This document shows positions 12,501-24,625 of a stretch of 64,000 bases of DNA, piece after piece; the first letter of the stretch is position 1, and each line of letters starts with the position of its first letter. The translations under genes were made by a program, and so were the position numbers. This stretch comes from Phoronis australis (taxonomy: Eukaryota; Animalia; Phoronida): contig NMRA01000034.1 in the NCBI GenBank assembly GCA_002633005.1, forward strand, positions 1,100,783-1,164,782, written 5' to 3'. The notes beneath the pieces are model-generated. The model was not told the DNA's origin and searched no databases. It worked only from the letters and a program-made list of their open reading frames with translations.

Positions 12501-15500
12501 CACAGTCAGTGTGCAATGCTTCATTATTCCAATTGAATAGTATGAAAAACTGTCAGGTGAAAATGGCAAATTTGAAAATCCAATCCTATGTACGCAGTCA
12601 CACTGTCTGGTGTCTTTGATTTTAAGCACATCTTACACTGTTTACTGCTACGCAAACAATTTATGGAAACAGCATCACGCCAATCGCTGATCTGCGACGT
12701 ACTCATGGTAAATGCTCATTTTTGTGTTAGGTGACTAACCCATTTTTTAATGGAATTACTTAATGTGCCAGGCCATTTTTGAATTTCAGTGTTAGTCAAC
12801 ACCCCATGAAATTGACAAATTTCAAACATCATGTTTCTTTATCTGCTGAGGGTTTGTATATTCTTGATAACAGGTAAGGAAAACTTTGAGACAGATTATG
12901 TAAGTTTCATTTTCTAGTCCAATAAACAGGGCTTCACACTTTGTCAAGTGTGATCTCATATTGTAAAAAACACCCACTCTACAGAACCTGAGGAAACACA
13001 AACAACCACTACTTGAAAAAAATGGCATGCGTATGACCGTGAGGATGGATTTTATCAGTAGCCCCACCGTGTGCAATCACAATGATAAGAGCATAGAATT
13101 ATATGAATAGCATTGACCTAATGAAGATAGCAGCATGACAGTTGCATTAAATTTGCCATGTTCACCAGGGAGCAAATGGACATGAGAGAACAGTTGCCAA
13201 CTTTTCAAGGACATTTACACTACATATTAGACATGATGACACATGTACAAAATACACAACAATATTAATGGTAAGAGCAATGGGTTGAAGATGCATACAC
13301 CTTAATGTAGGATGGTTTCAACACATGCATGGAATCTACACTGAGGTTGACTACAGATGCCTAGCTACAGAGTTGTTAGAAGAGGCAAGGGCAAAATATG
13401 ACAGAATGGCAAATGTAAGAAACAGACATATATGAATCACAGTTTATCACATGACAGATTCAAGCCAGTATTGAAATGATTTGTCCAGATCTTGAGAAAT
13501 CTTTGAGTCAAGTAGTCAAAATATTGAGTTTATGATGAAAAATCAAACACAACCTTCTCTAAAACCACTCAAATAGTACTTTACATAATTCTCAATCTTT
13601 CCCTTATGGAGTACGTAAGTGCCTTAGTGCAGTAAAAGCAATCCCATTTTCTGACATTTTACCTTATTGGCAATATACAAACCAAATGAAGTTATCTGTC
13701 TTGTTTTGAATAGTTTCAATACTTGGAAAAAAAACAAAATTTAAACAAAACATAACATTCAGAAATTAAACAGACTGTGTTCATGGGGTAATTAATCATT
13801 GAGTTTATCAACTTCTGATGGTTCTCTCAGTTACCAAGTAGATTTTTTGGCTACTCCAGCAAGCTGTTTTTAATATTTCTCACATTACTTTCATTTCAAC
13901 AAACTATCATAGGTAAGAAAATAAAACGTTCTGGGCAGTCAACAGATGGGGAAGCATTCTAACTGAAAGGTTGAAGATGGGGGTAATGCAGTTTAGTTGA
14001 AAACAGTAAATAACAATAAGAACATGCAGATGAAATCTACTCACTAGCTACACTAACTGCCACACAATAAAAAGCCTGAAGTCAGCTAACAGAAACTACA
14101 CCAAACAACAGATAGATGACACATAAAGAACACAGCGGCGTTAAAGCTACCTTGAACTTTTGTAACGACAAGCGACTCTACAAGACAAAGCAAGGATGGA
14201 ACACGGTTTAAGAAAAATCAACAACCTACAGGCATTTATTGATTAACGGCAAAGCAGCAATCCCAGGTCAAGGCATGACATGACAGGGAGGCAGATTCAC
14301 TCATTATGACAGTGTTGAACAAACCCCCCCCACTAATTATCAAACCACTCTTCTAGTCACAATCATTATCATCTCAAAGTGAAGAAGTTAGTCAACAATT
14401 AAAGGATGCAAATACTGCTACAGTAATTCTCCACTTATCTTGCACAAAAACAATTAACAAAATTGACATTTTTCATTTTTCAATGGCTGATTACTTTGCT
14501 GCATATAATTGGGAACATTTTTTATTTGTTTTTTTGACATCTACACAGTACAAACTATCCTGGTGACCAATTTACTGTTCAATCATTATTTCTTACGTGA
14601 AGAAATTTGATAAATTTCGCTCATCAGCCATATTTTGCATTAAATAGGTGAAGAATAGCTGTAAGGCTTTAGTGTAATTTTAAATAGTTCCAACACATGC
14701 AAGCATGATTATTCACTTCTTTACAGTATGCTGTACAAGACAGGTAGTCAACTTTTTATCAGTTGGTCTCATTACCGTGTTCTCTAGAGGAAGACACTCG
14801 GGTGACGGCTGCTCGAAATTTGATGGCAGCGTGGAGGCACGGCTCTCCACGACTGTAGGTAGGGCCCTACGTGGCACCACGAGGTCGTCAAAGCTGCCCA
14901 CTCTTGTGCAGCGTAAGTCACGTGACGAATGCTTGTGACCGAAAAAACTTTCGTGCGAGTACCTACGCTCGTGAGACTGTGAAACAAGGCAGAAACCGTC
15001 AGGAAACCAGGTATCAGTTACATGAAGAGTGACTTAAGACGTAAGTGTGAAATTTGGTCTTGCGTTTCCACTACATAGTTATGGTGTAGAAATTATTAGC
15101 CCATTACTGCCTAGAGATTATGAAGACAAATTACCACTGTATTAGAAGTTATTGGTATGTTCTCAGAGAATTCCTATTTTTGATCAAGTGAGGTTTAAAT
15201 ATTTTTATAAAAGACAGGATGTCTGTGATGACAGATAACAGATTTACAATTAACCGCATCAATGAAATACATTTTGCCGAACCCTTACCCTACAGTACTC
15301 AAAGTACCAATTTTTTACTTTAGGTCTTAAGTCACTTTTCATAAATCAGGTCCCAAAGAAAAATAGAGTTAGCAGAAACATGCAAGTCAGTACAACAGTG
15401 NTATTAATGGTAAGAGCAATGGGTTGAAGATGCATACACCTTAGTGTAGGATGGTTTCAACACATGCATGGAATCTACACTGAGGTTGACTACAGATGCC

Positions 15501-18500
15501 TAGCTACAGAGTTGTTAGAAGAGGCAAGGGCAAAATATGACAGAACGGCAAATGTAAGAAACAGACATATATGAATCACAGTTAATCACATGACAGATTC
15601 AAGCCAGTATTGACGATGATTTGTCCAGATCTTGAGAAATCTTTGAGTCAAGTAGTCAAAATATTGAGTTTATGATGAAAAATCAAACACAACCTTCTCT
15701 AAAACCACTCAAATAGTACATTACATCATTCTCGATCTTTCCCTTATGGAGTACGTAAGTGCCTTAGTGTAGTAAAAGCAATCCCATTTTCTGATATTTT
15801 ACCTTATTGGCAATATACAAACCAAATGAAGTTATCTGTCTTGTTTTGAATAGTTTCAATGCTTGGAAAAGTAACAAAACATAAACAAAACATAAGATTC
15901 AGAAATTAAACAGACTGTGTTCATGGGGTAATTAATCATTGAGTTTATCAACTTCTGATGGTTCTCTCAGTTACCAAGTAGATTTTTTGGCAACTCCAGC
16001 AAGCTGTTTTTAATATTTCTCACATGACTTTCATTTCAAAAAACTATCATAGGTAAGAAAATGAAACATTCTGGGCAGTCAACAGTTGGGGAAGCATTCT
16101 AACTGAAAGGTTGAAGATGGGGGTAATGCGGTTTAGTTGAAAACAGTAAATAACAATAAGAACATGCAGATGAAATCTACTCACTAGCTACACTAACTGT
16201 GTCACACAATAAAAAGCCTGAAGACAGCTAACAGAAACTACACCAAACAACAGATAGATGACACATAAAGAACACAGCGGCGTTAAAGCTACCTTGAACT
16301 TTTGTAACGACAAGCGACTCTACAAGACAAAGCAAGGATGGAGCACGGTTTAAGCAAAATCAACAACCTACAGGCATTTATTGATTAACGGCAAAGCAGC
16401 AATCCCAGGTCAAGGCATGACATGACAGGGAGGCAGATTCACTCATTATGACAGTGTTGAACAAACCCCCCCACTAATTATCAAACCACTCTTCTAGTCA
16501 CAATCATTATCATCTCAAAGTGAAGAAGTTAGTCAACAATTAAAGAATGCAAATACTGCTACAGTAATTCTCCACTTATCTTGCACAAAAACAATTAACA
16601 AAATTGACATTTTTCATTTTTCAATGGCTGATTACTTTGCTGCATATAATTGGGAACAATTTTTATTTGTTTTTTGACATCTACACAGTACAAACTATCC
16701 TGGTGACCAATTATAGCTGTTCAATCATTATTTCTTACGTGAAGAAATTTGATAAATTTCGCTCATCAGCCATATTTTGCATTAAATAGGTGAAGAATAG
16801 CTGTAAGGCTTTAGTGTAATTTTAAATAGTTCCAACACATGCAAGCATGATTATTCACTTCTTTACATTATGCTTTACGAGACAGGTAGTCAACTTTTTA
16901 TCAGTTGGTCTCATTACCGTGTTCTCTAGAGGAAGACACTCGGGTGACGGCTGCTCGAAATTTGATGGCAGCGTGGAGGCACGGCTCTCCACGACTGTAG
17001 GTAGGGCCCTACGTGGCACCACGAGGTCGTCAAAGCTGCCCACTCTTGTGCAGCGTAAGTCACGTGACGAATGCTTGTGACCGAAAAAACTTTCGTGCGA
17101 GTACCTACGCTCGTGAGACTGTGAAACAAGGCAGAAACCGTCAGGAAACCAGGTATCAGTTACATGAAGAGTGACTTAAGACGTAAGTGTAAAATTTGGT
17201 CTTGCGTTTCCACTACATAGTTATGGTGTAGAAATTATTAGCCCATTACTGCCTAGAGATTATGAAGACAAATTACCACTGTATTAGAAGTTATTGGTAT
17301 GTTCTCAGAGAATTCCTATTTTTGATCAAGTGAGGTTTAAATATTTTTATAAAAGACAGGATGTCTGTGATGACAGATAACAGATTTACAATTAACCGCA
17401 TCAATGAAATACATTTTGCCGAACCCTTACCCTACAGTACTCAAAGTACCAATTTTTTACTTTAGGTCTTAAGTCACTTTTCATAAATCAGGTCCCAAAG
17501 AAAAATAGAGTTAGCAGAAACATGCAAGTCAGTACAACAGTGGTTACCAAACCCTGAGTCGTAACCCCATAACCCTGGAGCACGACCCCGAAGCACTGGG
17601 TCACGACCCCAAAGCACAGGGTCAGGATCCCTAACACTTGTTCAACTAAACTGTGAACCAATGTTAAGTGTTACACACATGCTATGAAGAAGACAAACAC
17701 CAGGGACTGAATAGCACACTGTGCAACCTAGTCTTATAAGGATTAACTAACACCCCACTAGGCCACAGTCTGGTAAATACCCAGGGTGTAAAAAAAGAAA
17801 AATTAAACTTGCGATGGGGTATAACGACCAAAGCAGTCAGGTCCAAGAATTAAATTTTAAAACGAAATGGCAGAATCCAAACAATTTGCTGATTGTGAGT
17901 TTCTGACAAACAAACTGCATGGTTGATAAAAAGGAGTAATCACAGACAGACATAAATGGCGATTTAAGAACCAAATTTTACGGCCCTGTAAATCAAAAGT
18001 AGGGTTACAACCATACCTTGGGATTTAAAAGTGGCTAGAAAGCTATGAACATCTAACTGAACGTGTGTGTTAACCTGGACGTATATAACAACAATCCAGC
18101 CATCATTAAGGTAGTGTGCTGCTAGAAAAAAATGATAAGAGACACACTTGTAGTTTTACTGAACACTGGAACGATGTAATTACGAAAATCTGTAAAAGCA
18201 TGTCGCATGTATCTCCAGCTTCCACCCACGTGTCTCACACACTCAGCAGCAGTTGTGTTCACAAAAGCCACAGATTAAAATTATTAAATTTATTTGTTAA
18301 CGAGCGTGACCTGGAAGACACTTTGGATGGAGGAGGATTGATTCCTTGGAGTATCTGAACTAACTCAAATCTAGCCACCCTTTGAAGAGGTTAAGGACCA
18401 GGGGGAGATTTTCAAGGGCCGGACGGTTTCTTTTGCCTCCTATAGTATACTCCGTGGTTTCTTTGTGTTTTTAATTACGTGACTGTGGCTGTTGTGACAG

Positions 18501-21500
18501 TCACGACAGACACCTCACTCAATTTTCGTTGAAAAGCCAAATTCAAGATGTCTGGATTCTTTGCCTGGTTTCCAGGTACATTTTGACTCCTATTACCCAA
18601 ATCTGCTACACTGGCGCAGTCGTTCCAGCAAGGCTGGTAAGAATCACAAAATGCTCCAATCTTTACAAATGTTGCATCATAAATTGCGGTAAATGTTGTT
18701 AAATGTCAGCTTTCATACTCAGAATTTAAGGTCAGAATCAAAATAATACACCAATATGTTGGAATTCATTTGACATATGATAATATATTGGAGCCAGGAG
18801 AGATGAACCAGTATTTCACTAAAGCAAGGGGGAATTCCTATACTTGAATAACTTCATACATTTTAATTATTCAACCTGTTGTAACAGACTACAAATATAT
18901 CAGGACCAGAAATAAACACACCACAGTGGATCAATTTTCTAAGAAAATAGTGCAACATGCAACACAGGAGCTCTTTCCAAACAAAGCAACCAATGAAACT
19001 CAAGAGGGTGCACAGGAAGTGTGATACCATGTTAGTGGTAAAGTCATCAGACTAGTGTGACCAATACCTCTGGTTCAGGAAGCACCCATCGCGTGTCGCC
19101 ACTTGCATTGTAATAGTAAGTAGTGCCCTTCTCGTCAGTGGAACAATACCACTACAAATAACATCAAAGAGAGGTGAAAACTTGAATGGCATTTCTTGAC
19201 ATTGGAATGAATAAACACTGAGTCATAAGGGGCAGATACATAATGAGACTGAAAAATAGGTCACAAAATACAGAATAGGGACATAAAGTAAGACATCAAC
19301 TTACCGAGGTAGTCTAGGAGATTACACCAAATTGGTTTTAACCCTTCCCCCTTCTCTATGCGAAATTACATTAGGACAAAAGTTGTAACTGGGAAATCAC
19401 CAGTTACACTCTCTTTTAAACCAAACATAGTTAATGTGCTAATCTGTATGGCTCATACATGCTGGGGCATGAGCTTTAGATTTTGAATTTTGTTGGTTTG
19501 AACAAATAGGTTAGTGACAGTAATTAGGCCACCATCACATTGCTGGTCTCCAATTCGGAGTAGTTGCTAGGAGTGTAACATAATCACTTGGAGTCTCTTT
19601 TGACTCTGTAGGCTATAGCTGGACTGTTAGAACTGCAAGTGACCATAAATACAAGACACTGCGGATTTCCACCATAATGGCTGACAGTTATGTCTCACTT
19701 GTGTCGCTAACAATGCTCGGCAGATCTTCTTCATCTTCAGTGCACGATACTCCATGAGAAAAAGCCAAGCATGGCTCAAACAGCTCGTCGTTTCTTCATT
19801 TTTTAAATTTCCCTCTCTACCAATTCGCAGATACACCGAGGATAACCTTAGGAGTACACTCCGAGTCATTAGTGCATAAAGTTTTCATTATTTTGATTGC
19901 TTAAAGTGGCCCAACAAGCGCACTAAAACTGTCACAATTTCGCCTGATTTCGTCTTGAAATGTACATTACATTCAGAATCTAATACAAATACAATGCAGC
20001 ATGGTTGATCAAAACAATAATTTTAGCGATATGGAATCTAGCATATTGCAAAAATACAGATCCCAACTGTGGATTTACGCGATTGGTTAAATTGAAATGC
20101 TCTTAACCAATCACAAACTGTGTAACGTAAGGAGATAGCAGATGAAGTCATGCATATCTGAATGCCTCCTAAAAAATCGAATCCCAAAAGGGCCGACATT
20201 TGACTAACATGACCCACAGATCGTAAAAGTCTGCCCATTGACTTGAGGCACTGAGGGTCAATTGACACAAAGTCATATTTTCCTAAAATGATCCCCGACA
20301 CACATAGTACCACCAGATAAAGTGTGATTATATTTAAAACGCAAAATGCGCATAATGCGTTTCTCTTCAATAAAAGCACACTTTTGAAACATGCGTCAGA
20401 AGGGATAAACATCAGTGATGGCTTGGAGCTTTTCAAGTATGTACCACCATGTTGCGATGACAGTTGGGGCAGACAATGTAACTATAACTAAATTCTACCA
20501 GACTACCATTTAAACTATTTACACAGTGTGATACTAGAAGGCCTACTAACAGTGTCTGTAGATAAAAACGGAATACAAAAAGTTTTATGATCAGAAGAAT
20601 TTCATGTCGTCTTCAACAAAATCGAATTCCCTTATTGAGACAGATTCATATACAAGCTACTGGTTAGTTATCTCTCTATCAACATGACTAAAGCCACACT
20701 TGGAAATCTGTACTTAGCAAAGGTTATTCTAGGGAATTCAACTGCACGCTTGGGAAATCCAGGTGTTAGACACTTATTGCACAGCTGGATGAATGGAAAG
20801 CAAGGAGTAATTCTACAAGTGTTGATTTCTGCCTACCTTTTCGTTGGTTGCTGTGCTAACGTAGACAAATTCACCAGACTGGTCCTGCTCTTGGGAGTAA
20901 CCTCTTAACAAGGGTGGACGTTCCTGCTTGGGACTCTCCTGTAAATCAGTGTAAGAGAGTGACACAAAACAGCAGTCAATCAGCCATAAAACAACATCTT
21001 GCAAACAATTAATTATTTATATTGCTTAATTATTTATAGCTCTTTATCACACAGACCAACTGAGCAATGCAAAAGCGATCTTTGGCTTCTTTCATGTAAA
21101 ATGCAAGAAGGCATTATCATGTATATCAATCCTTTGAAAAGAAAATAACAAAACTCCAGAATTTTATCCAGAACAGAATTCAAGAAGAACAACTGTCCTA
21201 CATGTATATTTAGGGCACCAGAAACACAGTAATAGTCTGATGTAACATGCTTGCATTTTGAGAACCAGTTTTATCTACTGAATACCTGGCATCAACTGGT
21301 TCTCAAAATGCAGGCGCATAATATCAGACTATTGCCAGAAACTGAACTTAGCTATTTTGACCAGACAAACTATGTGATATTTTGAGACAAACTGTACAAC
21401 TGTTTGTAAATCATTACTGATTTTTGTGGTAGAAAAGCAAATCAGCAGGTATTATATTTGTCTAACCTGCAACAGTACTTTTAAAGGAATTGACAGAATT

Positions 21501-24500
21501 TGCCGATATTCAGGAGATTTCATCTAAATGCAAATCTCCACATGAGTCGTGGTGTGGCGTGATCGCTAATTGAAGCAACAGGTACTTTGGTGGCATGTTA
21601 CCTGGTTTAGAATTTGCATTTTAGATTGCGAGTTTTACTTCAGCGTTATGCTGGCTTACACAGAGCATCTTTCGCCCAAAAGATTTTGTAATCTATGTAT
21701 TCAGTTGAAGCAAGTTGTGGCTCACTTTTACTTCTGATCTTTTATTTTTGTTTGATGGTTTTTCAGTTGTACTCACACCAAAAACCATGTTGCATTGACT
21801 ACAGTGGGTCAGTGCCTTCAACTCTAGTTATTTAAAGTGACTAATCTTGTTCTGTCATATTGTTTGTAAACGCGTCACCAAATTATGTGCAATATGTCAT
21901 TGTATGTATACCGGCCAAAACTGTCTCATAAAATGCACAATGAAAAGGACAGCAGTGTCGCTAATAGAGCTGGAAGATATGTACATGGAAAACCTCAAAT
22001 TTGTCTGGCTTTGTCAAAATCATGGAAACAAAGCAGAAACCAGAAGGAAATAACAAATAATAAACCAAACTGAAAATTATTCAGAAAATTTTGAGTCAAA
22101 ATTTCGGCGATTTCTGCTGACATTTCATCAGCTACTGTATGTTGTCAGTACAACCAAACTAATTCGATATGCAAATCCATGGATCCATACTACGCATTAA
22201 GACGATTCAAAACTAATTTAAGAGAAAATCGGTCACATGTTTGAACTTTACAAGGTAAACAAATTTACTGATATACCATTACAAGGCTAGTTTCATACCA
22301 AATGATCTTGGAAGGTTTCATCTGAGGGGTTGTCCGGCTCTGGAAGAGTCCACGATGTTTGGCGAGTGACCACATTGTAATAGTAAACCTGACCTGTGTT
22401 CTGGTCCAAATGCTTCTCCCAGTTTTCTGCTGAGTCCAGCCTGGACCGTTCCAAGTTATCAGGGGGGTGGAGGCCCATGAATGCCTTGATATCCTGCACG
22501 CTGGTGTCCTCTGGTGGCTCATACTGCAACATCATTAGTAGTGAATACAGCGGAAAGACATAATGACAGCAAAGCCAAATGGCAAACGAGCCAATCTGAG
22601 CACAGATGCCACTTTGCAGATCAAATAACTATTGACTGTGAATGGCAGAAACATGTACATCTGAAAGAAGTGTATTTTGGATGTTGTCAAAGTCGTGAAG
22701 CACCAGAAACACAGGGTGACTTAAAGCTCCATGCAGTACCACTAAAAATGCCATGAACCCAGAAAGTAAAATCGTGTTTACACTCATCAGCCAGTTGTTC
22801 AAATGCCCAATTAGCTCTAAAGAGAGCTTTTTGCCAGTATTCGGAATTCCGCACTTAATTAAGTTACACTACTGCACTGATCCAACCATTTATAAATTCA
22901 AGACATGCTATTTATTATCTAGACAAGATAAAGAGATAGTTGCAATCACTCTGATCAGTGTTTGAATACAAGGCAAACAAAAATTGGTTTCAGAACAAAA
23001 AAATTAAGCTACCGAGGCAAATTTATTGATTTCAGACATCAGGAATAACGACTTGACTACACCTGCCACGCCACCTAAAGCCAATGTATGTTTTGCACAG
23101 CACTTCCAAATGACAGGAGTCATACTCAAGATTGTGTGACAAAGCAATAAATCACCATATCATCAACAGCACTGCACCAACAATCATAGTTAGACATCGC
23201 CTTTTCTTTAACGAAAGTAGATTTTCAGGGGAGTACTTGGTCATGGAGACTTTTGCTTGTCAATCCATAGGTTACCAGTTTCCGGTAATATCAAAATTTT
23301 GTACTTGAATTGGATTCACTGTGGATCGAATAAAAATAGGTTCTGAGTGAAATTTCAATGATTAAATGTGAATTGTGAAGTGTTCACCAAGTTGGTGAAA
23401 GGAAGTCTTCAAATCCTCTGCTATACATAGCCAGATTCACACAGTATTTGCCATTGGCATCATGCAGCTGGATGCAGATAGGCATAAGGACAGGGATAAT
23501 TTTAGGACTGGTCTTTACAGCATTAGTGCATAAAAATTCTCATTGATGCACTGTAATTGGTTAACCCAAGCCAAGGGGTGCATAAAAATTGAGTCGCAAC
23601 CATCACGTTTTCAACAATACCCAATGCATTCATAAGGACCATACAGAGTTTGTGATCAAAACTAATGTGCACTGACTAAAACAACACAAGCCATAGGATT
23701 GAGCATATTGTGCATGATATACAAATCCCAACAGCGGTTTTATGTGTTTGGTTTGCAGTTGGCTGTTTAGACCAAATCTCTAGTAACCGTGTATCAGAGG
23801 TAGGAGACAAAATCACAAGTCACTAAAATGCCTCCTCCCCAAATTGAAAAGAAAAAATTGAAAATACTAGCAAGAACTGGCCTATAGTTCTGAGGCCCTG
23901 TAGGTCATCTGACCCATAGTCATGTTTTTCGAAATGAACATTGCAAGGGCTATCAAATATTCCCATACTAAACCACAATGCCTTTTTGACTCGAGGACTT
24001 CTGAGACAGTTCTAGCACTGTAAGTTTTACATCAACTGTCAGCATTTACCTGACCAGGTTCTTGTTTAACCATTGGAACAGGTCGAAATGTTGCCATGTG
24101 TCCCGGGGAATGTAGTTGTCCTTGAGAAGAAGAGGATATTTTAGGACCTACATGGTTCACCATATCTTCACTGGGAGATCCAGCACTAAAGTAGTCAGGT
24201 GATGGATCACTATGGGTCATGTGATCTACGGATTCCGTTTCTTTGCGTAGATCAGTATCAGGAGAATCGTCGTAGTCAGGTTTTGGAGTTGACAGGTTAG
24301 TGCTGCCATTGTGTTGGTTGAATGTTGGTGGAAGCGGCGCAGGATATTTCTTCTTGCTGGTACGTACCGGCGTCGGCGACCCCAGGTTTATATGGGTCAC
24401 ATTGTCTGGTGTAACCGTGATCACAGTTTTCTCAACTTCCACATAAGATGCTGGTACATACAGCAGCTCCTCTGAGTCTAGGCTCTGAACATGCCACCAA

Positions 24501-24625
24501 TCGTCATTGGATTTCTCCTCCAGAATGTATTTCTCACCAGGACGTATACATATTGTGCGTCCGTCATTGTCGACATACGTGAAGTCGTACAAGACCGTGA
24601 CATACACCGGCGAATCTTCAGCCAT
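395..24625 (-). CDS. ARHGAP12: Rho GTPase-activating protein, ARHGAP12/27/9/15 family (SH3-WW-WW-WW-PH-RhoGAP), multi-exon gene model
   Basis: Hand-spliced exons (5'->3'): 24050-24625, 22299-22523, 20837-20938, 19068-19151, 16918-17118 (duplicate 14776-14976), 11312-11359, 10448-10495, 9865-9926, 9167-9245 (duplicate 8390-8468), 7578-7682, 6639-6734, 6096-6201, 4768-5013, 2860-2937, 1976-2113, 999-1104, 395-563. Phases are compatible and give about 822 aa. Motifs: SH3 (VLYDFTY...EKSNDDWW...YVPASYV), WW domains, PH (KVLENGRKVKKNW...LLFYKD), RhoGAP arginine finger (GLYRVSG) and NRMGLSNLAIVFGPTL. The symbol is the closest vertebrate paralogue; the gene is probably a pro-orthologue of the subfamily. 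Confidence 0.9.
999..1104 (-). CDS. RhoGAP exon
   Basis: KLQLIKGLVQVLPRPSHDTLKELCRHLL; AG/GT. Confidence 0.9.
1154..1390 (-). mobile_element. tRNA-derived CORE-type SINE (intronic, diverged)
   Basis: Minus strand reads A-box-like tggctccagtgt, B-box ggttcaattcc, then gttgtgtccaagaacaaggcact, resembling the CORE domain (GTGTCCTTGRGCAAG). Confidence 0.6.
1976..2113 (-). CDS. RhoGAP exon
   Basis: DVHVLTGALKLFFRELKEPLFPF; AG/GT. Confidence 0.92.
2860..2937 (-). CDS. RhoGAP exon (arginine finger)
   Basis: GLDIDGLYRVSGNLAQVQKLRFLVDQ; AG/GT. Confidence 0.92.
4131..4570. mobile_element. hAT-like MITE with 13-bp TIR and 6-bp TSD
   Basis: CAGGGCTTGGAAT...ATTCCAAGCCCTG flanked by ATGATG at 4125-4130 and 4571-4576. 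Confidence 0.8.
4768..5013 (-). CDS. RhoGAP exon (pre-GAP and GAP start)
   Basis: IRARLRDMIRRRPTMESLEKRGILQEERVFG...VPRFVQKCIAVIENK. Confidence 0.92.
5740..5944. repeat. Minisatellite, ~41-42-bp unit, about 5 copies
   Basis: Repeated agaaacctcaagtctcatggtataaacagaactacccattgtac with substitutions. Confidence 0.9.
6096..6201 (-). CDS. RhoGAP linker exon
   Basis: NSDVPDSVEEGHPV...GRHSK; phase 0-1 matches its neighbours. Confidence 0.8.
6639..6734 (-). CDS. RhoGAP PH exon (C-terminal helix)
   Basis: VSTPGNQYLLQSDDALKIHEWYLNLSAAVAQF; AG/GT. Confidence 0.88.
7578..7682 (-). CDS. RhoGAP PH exon with GC donor
   Basis: SPKSPLGKAETMIDLQNGKVEWGDKEKSSKKHFIQ; acceptor gacag|, donor CAG|gcaaga. Confidence 0.8.
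8390..8468 (-). CDS. RhoGAP PH exon (copy A)
   Basis: KNWCDAFCVFNGSQLLFYKDRKASVG; AG/GT boundaries; duplicate of 9167-9245. Confidence 0.7.
9167..9245 (-). CDS. RhoGAP PH exon (copy B)
   Basis: KNWCDTFCVFNGSQLLFYKDRKASVG; AG/GT boundaries. Confidence 0.7.
9865..9926 (-). CDS. RhoGAP exon (PH domain start)
   Basis: IRSLRDNLNRAKVLENGRKV(K); ttcag| and |gtgagt. Confidence 0.85.
10448..10495 (-). CDS. RhoGAP candidate 48-nt cassette exon
   Basis: LGLVSHAAVMALPENE; tttag| and |gtgagt, phase 0-0; no homology support. Confidence 0.45.
11312..11359 (-). CDS. RhoGAP 48-nt exon
   Basis: ESLKRESKRASSPPMQ; tttcag| and |gtacgt, phase 0-0. Confidence 0.65.
14776..14976 (-). CDS. RhoGAP linker exon (copy in duplicated block A)
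   Basis: Same exon as 16918-17118; probably the allelic copy. Confidence 0.55.
16918..17118 (-). CDS. RhoGAP linker exon (copy in duplicated block B)
   Basis: 201 nt, phase 0-0, SHERRYSHES...RASTLPSNF...LENT; cacag| and |gtaatg. Confidence 0.65.
17553..17632. repeat. Degenerate ~21-bp tandem repeat, about 4 copies
   Basis: gtcacgaccccaaagcacagg-like units. Confidence 0.6.
19068..19151 (-). CDS. RhoGAP exon (WW domain 3)
   Basis: WYCSTDEKGTTYYYNASGDTRWVLPEPE; tgtag| and |gtattg; absent from the ORF track. Confidence 0.85.
20837..20938 (-). CDS. RhoGAP exon (degenerate WW 2)
   Basis: ESPKQERPPLLRGYSQEQDQSGEFVYVSTATNEK; AG/GT, phase 0-0; joins the next exon as ...TNEK|WY..., as in ARHGAP12. 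Confidence 0.85.
21231..21333. repeat. Intronic ~100-bp imperfect hairpin (MITE remnant or structured RNA)
   Basis: aatagtctgat...tgcattttgagaaccagtt pairs with aactggttctcaaaatgca...atcagactatt. Confidence 0.75.
22299..22523 (-). CDS. RhoGAP exon (WW domain 1)
   Basis: WEKHLDQNTGQVYYYNVVTRQTSWTLP; AG/GT boundaries, phase 0-0. Confidence 0.9.
24050..24625 (-). CDS. RhoGAP first coding exon (SH3 domain)
   Basis: ATG at 24625 (MAEDSPVYVTVLYDFTY...) with an in-frame upstream stop; acceptor AG at 24677-24678; donor CAG|gtaaat at 24049. Confidence 0.9.

Larger units (their letters stand above)
13263..17542. repeat. Tandem duplication of ~2.14 kb joined by a single N (15401)
   Basis: 13263-15400 matches 15402-17542 with SNPs and small indels. 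Confidence 0.92.

Noticed and set aside
18300-18605. Additional RhoGAP exon(s)
   Set aside because: Acceptor-like sites exist, but I found no donor giving a stop-free, phase-compatible exon.
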